This document shows, in pieces, positions 27,577-35,826 of a stretch of 53,507 nucleotides of DNA. Each line of letters starts with the position of its first letter. The stretch's first letter is position 1. Origin of the DNA: a virus (lineage: Duplodnaviria; Caudoviricetes); the IMG/VR virus record IMGVR_UViG_3300031804_000500, positions 1 through 53,507 of that record, one strand, 5' to 3'. Below the pieces are notes generated by a model. The model saw only the letters and a list, made by a program, of their open reading frames with translations. It searched no databases and was not told the origin of the DNA. The position numbers were made by a program, and so were the translations under genes.

Positions 27577-28051
27577 TTTTAGGTGGAAGTTCCATTTCTT
27601 TTTCTTTTTCTAAGCCTTTCATATAATCCCAAAGTTTTGAGCCGCCATAAAGAATAGCTACTACGGCAGCCGCCGGTATACTATATTTTACTACAACCTT
27701 TGCTAGGTTTTCGGCTGTTAAGGAATCTATTAAATCTTCTGCAATACTTACTATATAATCTATTGCATCAGTAACCTTATCAAATATATAATATGCACCT
27801 ACACCAGTTGCAACTTTAGTTGGATTTTTAACAATAGCTTTAGCAGTTCCCGTAACAACTTTTTTAGTTAGATTGCCTGTACCCTTAACTACTCTAGGCC
27901 CTTGTTTAACAAACTGCTTTGCAAGAAATCTACCAACTGCTGGCGCGCCAATTCTAACTGCTGTTGCTAATGCTGGAACTAGCCATGGTAAAAATACCCA
28001 TTCATTTAACTGTTGTTGTTCTTGGTGTTCTTCTAATTGTTGTATTCTCAT
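27563..28051 (-). CDS. Putative virion internal protein with hydrophobic helices
   Basis: Likely start at MRIQQLEE (ATGA overlap with the upstream stop); LNE followed by a hydrophobic segment. Confidence 0.6.
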   Translation of the reverse strand: MRIQQLEEHQEQQQLNEWVFLPWLVPALATAVRIGAPAVGRFLAKQFVKQGPRVVKGTGNLTKKVVTGTAKAIVKNPTKVATGVGAYYIFDKVTDAIDYIVSIAEDLIDSLTAENLAKVVVKYSIPAAAVVAILYGGSKLWDYMKGLEKEKEMELPPKNENT

Positions 28052-29463
28052 TCTTCCATGCCGCCCTCTTGTATCCATTTTATTAATTTAACCATTACAC
28101 CATTTGGAAGAGATTGATAAAGATCTCTATCTTTCTTATTAAATGCTATAACATCAATTTCTGGATGGTCAAGTGGTGTGCCACCCTGTACTTGTTGTGG
28201 TGAAACAAGAGGTCTTTGTCCACCTTGGTCGGGTCCTTGCCCTGGTCTAAGACCCCAATCTGGCTGATGGTTGGTTCGCGTACCGAGTTTACCTTTACTA
28301 TATACTGGAGCTAGGTGATGTTCTAATCCTAATGTCTCTGCTTCAGCAGAACTTACTTTTTTAAAGTTTACAAATGCAGTTGGATCATCTTCACCAGTAG
28401 CACTACCTAAAGCACTACCTGTACTACGATATTTTACTAATACAAATTGTCCTGTCGGCATTCGAATATACACTTGTTTTGGGGCAAGTAAATCTAATTC
28501 AGTTAACTGTTGATCTTCATTCATTGCTTCCCAGTCATCATTAGAAATATACATGTCTGTATCTGGATCGTAGTACATACCTTCTTTAGGATCATAATAA
28601 ACTACTCTACCATTACGTGCTCGAAATGGGCCTTCTAATCCAGGACGTTCGCCATAATGTTCTGTGTCTATTGGTGGTAATGTAATATGTCCTTCGTCTA
28701 CTGCTGGTGCTGGACCATAATCATGCTCCCATGGCTTTTCTTTATTCCATTTTACATGCTCTGGTTTAGAATCAACTTTGCGGAGTTCCGACGAGGTATA
28801 CTTTTTAAGTTCGTCCATTCTATTTTTTGTATGTGGGGCATTTTTCCAATAACCAAACATATATCGTAATCCAGCAGGACCGTGTATAAGTTCTGTGCGT
28901 TCGTGATAGTTTTCATCTATTTCTGTAATTATGGAATTTATCATTTTTATAGCATTTGCAAAATGATCTATTTCTTCATTAACACCTTCTTTATTTGCCA
29001 TATCAATAACAGTATGATGATCATACTGTTCAGGTTTCGCGCCGTATTCTTGCATAGCAGGGTCATATCCATTGAAATGATCTTTTAATTCAGACATAGG
29101 AACTATTATAGGGCCTGTGCTTTGTGATATTAACATAAGATCTTTACCCCATTCACCGTGTTCCTGTGCAACGTTTTCTACTTTTGGATTTGTTAAAAGT
29201 TCTTGTGCTTGTTGATAAGATGGAATATTTTTTGCTAATACAGCACCAGCATCGCCTTTTGATTTATAACGACCTTCACCTGTTGAAGGATCTTCAGTGC
29301 CATACCATTCATGATATTGTGCATGCCATATAATAGCATACGGGCCTTCGTCTGTTAATTGAGCAATATTTTCTTGCCCATTATCAGTTTCCCAGTCTTC
29401 CTCATTATGTCTGACAGCTTGAGATCGACCATCGGCCTCGGTCATTACTTCTTTAAATTTCAT
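28048..29463 (-). CDS. Multi-module putative virion internal protein
   Basis: MKFKEVMTE start; modules separated by VNE/VDE/LTE; includes a YYDPKEGMYYDPDTDMY aromatic repeat. Confidence 0.6.
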   Translation of the reverse strand: MKFKEVMTEADGRSQAVRHNEEDWETDNGQENIAQLTDEGPYAIIWHAQYHEWYGTEDPSTGEGRYKSKGDAGAVLAKNIPSYQQAQELLTNPKVENVAQEHGEWGKDLMLISQSTGPIIVPMSELKDHFNGYDPAMQEYGAKPEQYDHHTVIDMANKEGVNEEIDHFANAIKMINSIITEIDENYHERTELIHGPAGLRYMFGYWKNAPHTKNRMDELKKYTSSELRKVDSKPEHVKWNKEKPWEHDYGPAPAVDEGHITLPPIDTEHYGERPGLEGPFRARNGRVVYYDPKEGMYYDPDTDMYISNDDWEAMNEDQQLTELDLLAPKQVYIRMPTGQFVLVKYRSTGSALGSATGEDDPTAFVNFKKVSSAEAETLGLEHHLAPVYSKGKLGTRTNHQPDWGLRPGQGPDQGGQRPLVSPQQVQGGTPLDHPEIDVIAFNKKDRDLYQSLPNGVMVKLIKWIQEGGMEE

Positions 29464-30227
29464 TAATATTCACCCGAATAACTTGTATGGAAATTATCTA
29501 TTGGTCCCATGTCTTCTACATTTGCTACGTCTAGTGGTATAAATTGACCTGTCATTGGATTCCACATAAAAAGTTTAAATTGAGGGCCTGCTTCAGGTGC
29601 TATGTCGCTGCCACAGCCACAGTTTTCATAAACATGTACTGATTCTTCAGTATTTCTAATAGGAACTTTTCTTCCACTCATATAACGTTTTAAAAGACCT
29701 TGCTTTTGTGCAGAACTAAAAACTTTCATAATTAATTCTATATCTTCTTTACTAACATTTGGCTTTCTCTCGTCAAATTTTTCTAATGTCTTCCAGACTG
29801 TAGATGCTAAATCTATATCTTTTATTCTTGGAAGAAGATCTCTTACAACATATAATTGAAATCGGCCTTCGTCGGAATAACCCATTGGATAACTTTCCTT
29901 ACCAGTTTTTGGACCAAATATAACTTTGTCCTCATCTTCTTTTATTTTAAGTTGGATGATATTTTTAAATTCGGGTGATTCTGTAATCATATCCAATATT
30001 AATTCTTTGGTATCTTTATCCATTTTCTGCAGAAGAGCAGTTACCTTATTAGCATTACCTTCTTGAATATAATTTGCTGTATTGTTATAATTGTTAATGT
30101 TTGTTAGACCTTCACCGGTTGAAGATTGTAAATATTCGTCTGTTTCTTGTGCATACGTACGAAGATTTTCAGCTATTTGCTGTAACTGTTCAACCAATGA
30201 ACTTTTGATCAGTGAACGAAATTTCAT
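29463..30227 (-). CDS. Putative late/virion protein
   Basis: GATAAATA motif and AGGAG Shine-Dalgarno upstream. Confidence 0.65.
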   Translation of the reverse strand: MKFRSLIKSSLVEQLQQIAENLRTYAQETDEYLQSSTGEGLTNINNYNNTANYIQEGNANKVTALLQKMDKDTKELILDMITESPEFKNIIQLKIKEDEDKVIFGPKTGKESYPMGYSDEGRFQLYVVRDLLPRIKDIDLASTVWKTLEKFDERKPNVSKEDIELIMKVFSSAQKQGLLKRYMSGRKVPIRNTEESVHVYENCGCGSDIAPEAGPQFKLFMWNPMTGQFIPLDVANVEDMGPIDNFHTSYSGEY

Positions 30228-30254
30228 AATAAAACTCCTAGAAATACTTTTAAG

Positions 30255-30262
30255 TATTTATC
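30255..30262 (-). promoter_or_regulatory. T4-type late promoter motif
   Basis: GATAAATA ahead of the Glu-rich gene run. Confidence 0.6.
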
Positions 30263-30309
30263 TAGAGGATAATTATTTTCTGAGTAGTTAAAGGAAGGAA
30301 GAATCTGGC

Positions 30310-30352
30310 GCGGATAGTAAAGTGTGGTTGATGGTGGAATTTTACTATCCGC
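30310..30352 (-). ncRNA. 12-bp perfect hairpin in a promoter-proximal non-coding region
   Basis: GCGGATAGTAAA/TTTACTATCCGC stem with a 19-nt loop. Confidence 0.45.
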
Positions 30353-30391
30353 TACCCGAGCTCGTGGCTCCTATTAGTTTCTTATTGTTGT

Positions 30392-30419
30392 ATTATACAC
30401 TATTTTAATGATTTGTCAA
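30392..30419 (-). promoter_or_regulatory. Sigma70-type promoter
   Basis: TTGACA-N16-TATAAT. Confidence 0.65.
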
Positions 30420-30438
30420 CCATTTTCCGATAAATAAT

Positions 30439-30527
30439 TGGCTCCGGGGGGTGGATTCGAACCACCACGCCCTCATCTGGACACTAGATAAACTGTCTAG
30501 CATGTCTACCGATTTCATCACCCCGGA
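30439..30527 (-). tRNA. Atypical tRNA-Asn(GUU) with a long variable arm and a non-canonical anticodon loop
   Basis: Cloverleaf: acceptor TCCGGGG/CCCCGGA, G73, encoded CCA; D arm ATG-AAATCGGTAGA-CAT; anticodon arm CTAGA-CAGTTTA-TCTAG; 17-nt variable region; T arm GGTGG-TTCGAAT-CCACC. Confidence 0.85.
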
Positions 30528-30535
30528 TCATTTTT

Positions 30536-31354
30536 TTATCCATTAACTACATCAAATGCTCGTATAAGTCGTGTCATTCCAATACCGCCGCCTGTGCGAG
30601 GTATGAAATCTTTACTTAAAAACTCTTCAAGTTCTGCTTCTACACGCTCTTTACCAAACTGACCATATAGTAAATCTGCATACATTCCATTACTGATTGT
30701 ATGGAATTGATCACGCATTTCGTCTGTATCTGAACTACGTTCTGCACTACCTATTGTTTCCTGGCCTGCAATTATAACATCTATTTTTGCAGCTGTACCA
30801 TCACCATTTTGTTTCATATTCCAAAAAGGCGATGTATGATTTGGAAAGTTCATTATCATTTGAGCATTACCATGTTTTCCGTACATAGCATTTTCTTCTG
30901 CATGTGTTAATTCTTCAACATTAAATTCTATTGCCCAATCTTCATAGTTTTTATCTACTACACTACCAAAACCTAAATATGCACATAATTCTATTTCCAT
31001 TTTATGTAAATCATCTATAGTGCCGGGCATTTCAAATTCAAACATTGGAAATATTAAATCATGTCTACCTTCTATTATGTTAGGTTCTTGTCTATAGGAT
31101 GTGGAAACACAAAAAAAGCCAGGTACTTCTGGCTTTGATAATAATTCATGTTCTAACCACATTTGGCCTGTTTGTGGAAGCGGCCAAACATTACCGGCGT
31201 AATTATAAGTTGAAACTGTTGTTGGATCTTCGCATGCCGCCAATATGCTTAATCTATTTTGTGTGTGTACTTCTAAGAAACCTTTTTCTAAAAAAAAGGA
31301 CCTTAATAGGCCCGTTGCTTCAGTAAATTTCCTTGGATCGATTAACTGCGTCAT
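30536..31354 (-). CDS. Class IIb aminoacyl-tRNA synthetase paralog (AsnRS/AspRS-like), catalytic domain only
   Basis: Motif 1 FFLEKGFLEV, motif 2 SYRQEP...RH...F, ETIGSAER, motif 3 GGGIGMTRL; 272 aa with no N-terminal anticodon-binding OB fold. Confidence 0.85.
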   Translation of the reverse strand: MTQLIDPRKFTEATGLLRSFFLEKGFLEVHTQNRLSILAACEDPTTVSTYNYAGNVWPLPQTGQMWLEHELLSKPEVPGFFCVSTSYRQEPNIIEGRHDLIFPMFEFEMPGTIDDLHKMEIELCAYLGFGSVVDKNYEDWAIEFNVEELTHAEENAMYGKHGNAQMIMNFPNHTSPFWNMKQNGDGTAAKIDVIIAGQETIGSAERSSDTDEMRDQFHTISNGMYADLLYGQFGKERVEAELEEFLSKDFIPRTGGGIGMTRLIRAFDVVNG

Positions 31355-31419
31355 TTTTTTCTTTCTCCTTCAGTCAAAAAAAATCAAACTAATTTCTTTT
31401 GTTTATTTATGCAAAAAGA

Positions 31420-31983
31420 TTATTTCTGGTGGATACCGTATCCCTTGTGTCCTAGCAATGACATAAACATGCTAGGAAGATTACCATCTACAGTTCTTAC
31501 ACTTTCTGGCAATGCATCCCAACTAACAAGATGTGGATGTGTTTTTTGTTCTTCGTTTATTTCTTGACCATATCTCCATCCTGTTGCAACCTTATGATCT
31601 ACCCAACGGTTATGTCTATACTTGGCAAAGTCATTTGCTAAATGTTCATAATGATTATCGCCTATTTCTTCATTGACCTCATCTAAATTTGCTTCCATTT
31701 CAAGAGAATTTGTGCCTTCGATTAAAAAGTCAGTATTTTCATCTATTAATTTATTAATAGCTTCAGCAACAATATCGCCCTGTTCTATATCCATATCTTC
31801 TGCTAAATTAATATCATAACAGTGTGCATCATCTAATAGATGATGTACCATAGAAACATTATCTTCATCTGGTTGAACAGTTTCGCCTAACTGTTCTTTA
31901 ATAGTATTATAATATTTTTTAATCACATCGGCATCTAGTTCATTTTCAACGACTAATCTAATGTGATGTTTAAATGCTTCCAT
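31420..31983 (-). CDS. RyR-domain protein
   Basis: HNRWV..K...GWRYG......KTHPHLVSWDALPE. Confidence 0.8.
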   Translation of the reverse strand: MEAFKHHIRLVVENELDADVIKKYYNTIKEQLGETVQPDEDNVSMVHHLLDDAHCYDINLAEDMDIEQGDIVAEAINKLIDENTDFLIEGTNSLEMEANLDEVNEEIGDNHYEHLANDFAKYRHNRWVDHKVATGWRYGQEINEEQKTHPHLVSWDALPESVRTVDGNLPSMFMSLLGHKGYGIHQK

Positions 31984-31995
31984 AGTAATATTTAC

Positions 31996-32334
31996 CTATT
32001 TTTTCTTATGTCCGCTACCAACATATAATCCAAACCATGCGGCACCCGCACCTACTATAGTTGATATAAATGCAGCTTGTGCATTAGTTGGATCTGGTTG
32101 TGCCATAAACCATTGTGTTGATACCCAAAATATATAACCATAACAAATCATTAGTAATCTAGGAATTAATCGTAAAGTATCCATGAACCCGGCAGTCTTG
32201 TTGTACCAAGTCTTACTCTCATCCCATCCTTCTTTTATTAAAAAGTCAGACTTATCTACTTCATAAGTTTTTTCAGTAACTAATACCTGTGTTTCTTTAG
32301 GAGGAGATGCTGAAATTTTAGCTGTTCTAACCAT
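31996..32334 (-). CDS. Two-TM membrane protein (holin-like candidate)
   Basis: Two hydrophobic helices and a basic C-terminus. Confidence 0.55.
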   Translation of the reverse strand: MVRTAKISASPPKETQVLVTEKTYEVDKSDFLIKEGWDESKTWYNKTAGFMDTLRLIPRLLMICYGYIFWVSTQWFMAQPDPTNAQAAFISTIVGAGAAWFGLYVGSGHKKK

Positions 32335-32786
32335 TATTGTACACTAGTTGCAACATTAATAAATGTTGTCCAATTTATAATTTTTCCGATTTCACCGTGA
32401 ACTATAAATTTGACTACATTGGAACTTGCGCCTCCGGCTAGTATTTCTGCATACCATGTAGATGTAGATTCTTGATATACTGTTTCGGCGGGTATATTGG
32501 CTAATGTAACAGTACTATTGAAACTAGTTACTGTAGTAGAAATTCTATAACCTGAAGTTTCTTGAATGGAACCTTGTATATAATTTCCTACAAAATCAGC
32601 ATGGATTAATGATACACTATTATCAGGTAGTGTTAATTGTGTGCTTGCACCATCTAGAAACAATTCTGTTGCAGTTGCATTAGTGCTTTGACCACGCATA
32701 ACATGAAGTTCTGCTGTAGCAACTCCGCTTTTTATTTTAAAAGAAGGACTTGTGGTTCCTTTTATATTATATGTTGTGAAACTCAT
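32334..32786 (-). CDS. Putative virion structural protein
   Basis: Thr/Ser-rich beta-strand composition; lies in the late region. Confidence 0.55.
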   Translation of the reverse strand: MSFTTYNIKGTTSPSFKIKSGVATAELHVMRGQSTNATATELFLDGASTQLTLPDNSVSLIHADFVGNYIQGSIQETSGYRISTTVTSFNSTVTLANIPAETVYQESTSTWYAEILAGGASSNVVKFIVHGEIGKIINWTTFINVATSVQ

Positions 32787-32788
32787 AA

Positions 32789-33211
32789 TTAATAACCGTC
32801 GGTACTATAAGGATTCCCGCCACCAGCACTTCTACCATTGGAAGCCATCCAATCAAATATCTTTTCGTGTTGTTGCATAATTTCTCGATCTACTTCACGT
32901 AAAGTTTTAATTTCTTCTCGAAGTTGATCTACTTTAAAAGCAAGAACATCTAATCCGCTAACTGCTTCTTCATTTTCCCGTATGTCTTTAATCGCTTGTA
33001 CATTATTGTGAATAGCAATACCACATTTCTGTGCCTCGGCCTCTAATGCCGGAATTGCTGTACCTTGTATACTTGCTAATCGTGTTACTTCTGAATTGAG
33101 TCCAGACATCCACCAAACGAATCCACCTGCTTGAACTAAAAAGGCTACTCCTATTGATAGTAAGAGTCCTTTGTTTATTGATTTATCCGCATTCATACGT
33201 CTATCTACCAT
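32789..33211 (-). CDS. Membrane-anchored coiled-coil protein
   Basis: One TM segment then heptads; start moved to MVDRR (GGAG Shine-Dalgarno, GGTAAATA upstream). Confidence 0.6.
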   Translation of the reverse strand: MVDRRMNADKSINKGLLLSIGVAFLVQAGGFVWWMSGLNSEVTRLASIQGTAIPALEAEAQKCGIAIHNNVQAIKDIRENEEAVSGLDVLAFKVDQLREEIKTLREVDREIMQQHEKIFDWMASNGRSAGGGNPYSTDGY

Positions 33212-33244
33212 TGTACTAACTCCAATTATATAGTTATTTACCAC

Positions 33245-33271
33245 AAAAAAGCCCCGCTCGAAAGCGGGGCT
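33245..33271 (-). terminator. Intrinsic terminator
   Basis: AGCCCCGCT-TTCG-AGCGGGGCT followed by a T tract. Confidence 0.85.
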
Positions 33272-33304
33272 AAATTTTGTGTTAATACGCTATTGAATTA
33301 GGTA

Positions 33305-33604
33305 TTAGGCCAATTGCCATGCGGCTGTTGTGTCTGTAATCGATGTTACATCTGCAACTGCTTCACCAGCTGTTTCTTCTGCAGCTGAAATTGCATGTTC
33401 TGTCCAAATGCTAAAACCAGTTGCAGTCATTACACTCCAAATTACTGGTTGTGCACCAATTGCATTTAGAAAAAGATCACCTGTGCCTGTACCGGCTGCA
33501 TTAGATACTAATGCGGCGCCACATACAACCTTATATACAAATAGACCTCCCATTGTATCGCCAGATGCGGCGAATTCAAATGTGCCATTTACTTTTGTAG
33601 TCAT
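33305..33604 (-). CDS. Small putative virion protein, monocistronic late unit
   Basis: Ala/Thr/Gly-rich; own GATAAATA motif and its own terminator. Confidence 0.6.
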   Translation of the reverse strand: MTTKVNGTFEFAASGDTMGGLFVYKVVCGAALVSNAAGTGTGDLFLNAIGAQPVIWSVMTATGFSIWTEHAISAAEETAGEAVADVTSITDTTAAWQLA

Positions 33605-33737
33605 AGTTTTTTCCCATTTAATGGCAACAATCGTTTGTTGTTAACTCTATTTATCTAAATGGGGGGAAACTAATCAACTGAGTTAATACTATTAAATAGT
33701 TACTTAATTTTCATTAAAATACCTGATAAATATTTAT

Positions 33738-34061
33738 ATGAGTACCCAAAAAAGCGAAAGCAGGTTCAATATCAACGACAGGTCCGAAATTACAATACCT
33801 TTAAGAAATTTAATTGCATTAATTGTGTTTATAGGATTTGCAATCACAGGATATTTTAGTGTAACAGAAAGAATTACATTCCTAGAACACAATGCGGATC
33901 TGCAGAAAATACATGTTGATCAAAATAGTGAGTTTCGTATTAAATGGCCACGAGGTGAACTAGGAGCGTTGCCCGATGATGCAGAACAGAATATGCGGTT
34001 GAATCAATTAGAGAAACAATTAGATAAAATTACTAACCAATTAGAAGACGAAGAAGAATAA
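33738..34061 (+). CDS. Membrane-anchored coiled-coil protein; the only credible + strand gene
   Basis: Fills the gap with no minus-strand ORF; one TM segment; TAAATA-N5-ATG. Confidence 0.75.
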   Translation: MSTQKSESRFNINDRSEITIPLRNLIALIVFIGFAITGYFSVTERITFLEHNADLQKIHVDQNSEFRIKWPRGELGALPDDAEQNMRLNQLEKQLDKITNQLEDEEE

Positions 34062-35798
34062 TTAATCTGTTATATACGTTAATATAATATAACCAGCACC
34101 GCCAGTTGCTGATCCCCCAATGTATGCTACCACTTGCTCAGAAACAGATCCGTAATTATGATGCAATTCAATTTGATATAACCCGGATGTTTCTAAATCT
34201 ATTTCATTAGATTCCATTAATCGTGAATTGTTTCCTGCATCACCTATTGTCATTGCAACATTTGTACCTGTATAAGGAGTTGTAATGTGTATTTTGATAG
34301 ATACTACCCGTGAATATGCAGGTAAATTAGCACCAATATTAGTAGTCGCTGTAGTTATTGCTACTTGACGTGTTAATTCGATTTGAGATAATATAGTACC
34401 TAAATCATCCCATATTGGATTACCTGATGAATTAACTTGTAATACTTGACTGGTAGAACCTATTCCTAATGTTGTTAAGACACCATCTCCCCCTGTACTG
34501 CCCGCATAAATTATATCACTTTTTGTATATGTTTGTATACCAGTACCGCCATGTGATTCTGGTAATATTCCTGCAACTGCCGCAGCTTCATCTAGTTGTA
34601 CAGATCTCCAAGTAAGTACACCAAACCCATCTACACCTAATACTTGATAATTTGATCCTATGCCAAACTTACCTAATTTACTACTACCATCTCCAACTAG
34701 TAAATCATATTGTGTATATGAAGTTTCACCTGTGCCTCCATGTGTTTCATCTAATGCACCTGTAATAACACCGGCTTGTGATATATCAATTCCACCATAA
34801 CCTAAATTACCAGCACCATCTATACGCAGTATTGTGTGATTAGCACCTGGTGCCAGTTGTATTGTATTGTTACCTGTTAAATTAGATACGTATAAACTTT
34901 GATCTATAAACCCACTAACATCAGCTGCTAGTCCGCCTCGTGATCTTAATAAAGTATCTGACGTTGCTTGGGGTTCTCCTAAATCTAATGCACCCCAAGT
35001 TGCTGTGCCTCCGGATCCATTTGATCTTAAAACTTGATGTGGTGTGCCACTTGATTTGACAGCGACATCGTCATTGTCTAAATAAATTGTAGTTCCGTCT
35101 GTGCGGACATATAATCTATTACCGTCTTGTGCTAAACCATCTGTAGCATAAATTCCTGTTGCTTTACTAAATTGTACAAAATTAATTGGATCTGTACCAA
35201 AATTAGCAACACCAATTGGACTATTAACTATCCATCCTGTGCTCCCCCATACTTGACCCTTTAATACAAAAACAAAAGTACCTCCACCAAATTCAGAACC
35301 TATTGCAGTTACATTATCTGAATCAGGTGCACGAGTAAATTTCTTTGTAGCAGATGTATAAACAAAAATACCATTACCTATCATATCTCCGCCAGTGGCA
35401 TCTTTAATTAAAACTCTATCATTATTTAATAATACATATCCATCTAAAGTAGCACCTGCATTTAACGTCCATTCATCAGGACCTGAACCATATCCTAGGT
35501 TACCCATATCAGGTGTAACTAGTCCTCCCGAAACATTACTATCTATAACTGCAAGATTATTAGTAGAAACTACAACTGCTTCTTTTGGATTTAATCCTTG
35601 TGCAACAGAATCTACATAAAATTTTGTTGCTACATCTGTTGCATCTACTGGGTCAGAAGTTTTAAGTCGTACATAATTATTATCAAGGGGATCTCGTGCT
35701 TTAAAATGATCGGTATCATACTTTAAACGACCGCCACCTTTACCTAATTGTAAGTCGTCTGCTACGCCCGATAAACCATATTGTTTGACAATTGCCAT
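34062..35798 (-). CDS. Tail fibre-like structural protein with internal repeats
   Basis: DVATKFYVDS, DRVLIKD...NGIFVY and repeated L.E.HGGTG...YT..D units. Confidence 0.7.
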   Translation of the reverse strand: MAIVKQYGLSGVADDLQLGKGGGRLKYDTDHFKARDPLDNNYVRLKTSDPVDATDVATKFYVDSVAQGLNPKEAVVVSTNNLAVIDSNVSGGLVTPDMGNLGYGSGPDEWTLNAGATLDGYVLLNNDRVLIKDATGGDMIGNGIFVYTSATKKFTRAPDSDNVTAIGSEFGGGTFVFVLKGQVWGSTGWIVNSPIGVANFGTDPINFVQFSKATGIYATDGLAQDGNRLYVRTDGTTIYLDNDDVAVKSSGTPHQVLRSNGSGGTATWGALDLGEPQATSDTLLRSRGGLAADVSGFIDQSLYVSNLTGNNTIQLAPGANHTILRIDGAGNLGYGGIDISQAGVITGALDETHGGTGETSYTQYDLLVGDGSSKLGKFGIGSNYQVLGVDGFGVLTWRSVQLDEAAAVAGILPESHGGTGIQTYTKSDIIYAGSTGGDGVLTTLGIGSTSQVLQVNSSGNPIWDDLGTILSQIELTRQVAITTATTNIGANLPAYSRVVSIKIHITTPYTGTNVAMTIGDAGNNSRLMESNEIDLETSGLYQIELHHNYGSVSEQVVAYIGGSATGGAGYIILTYITD

Positions 35799-35826
35799 GT
35801 AGTCTTTCTCTTATTAACTATATTTA

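Noticed and set aside
30484-30500. Reading the tRNA as an ochre (UUA) suppressor or as tRNA-Lys(UUU)
   Set aside because: The 5-bp stem CTAGA/TCTAG fixes a 7-nt loop centred on GTT, and U1-A72 and G73 also fit Asn.
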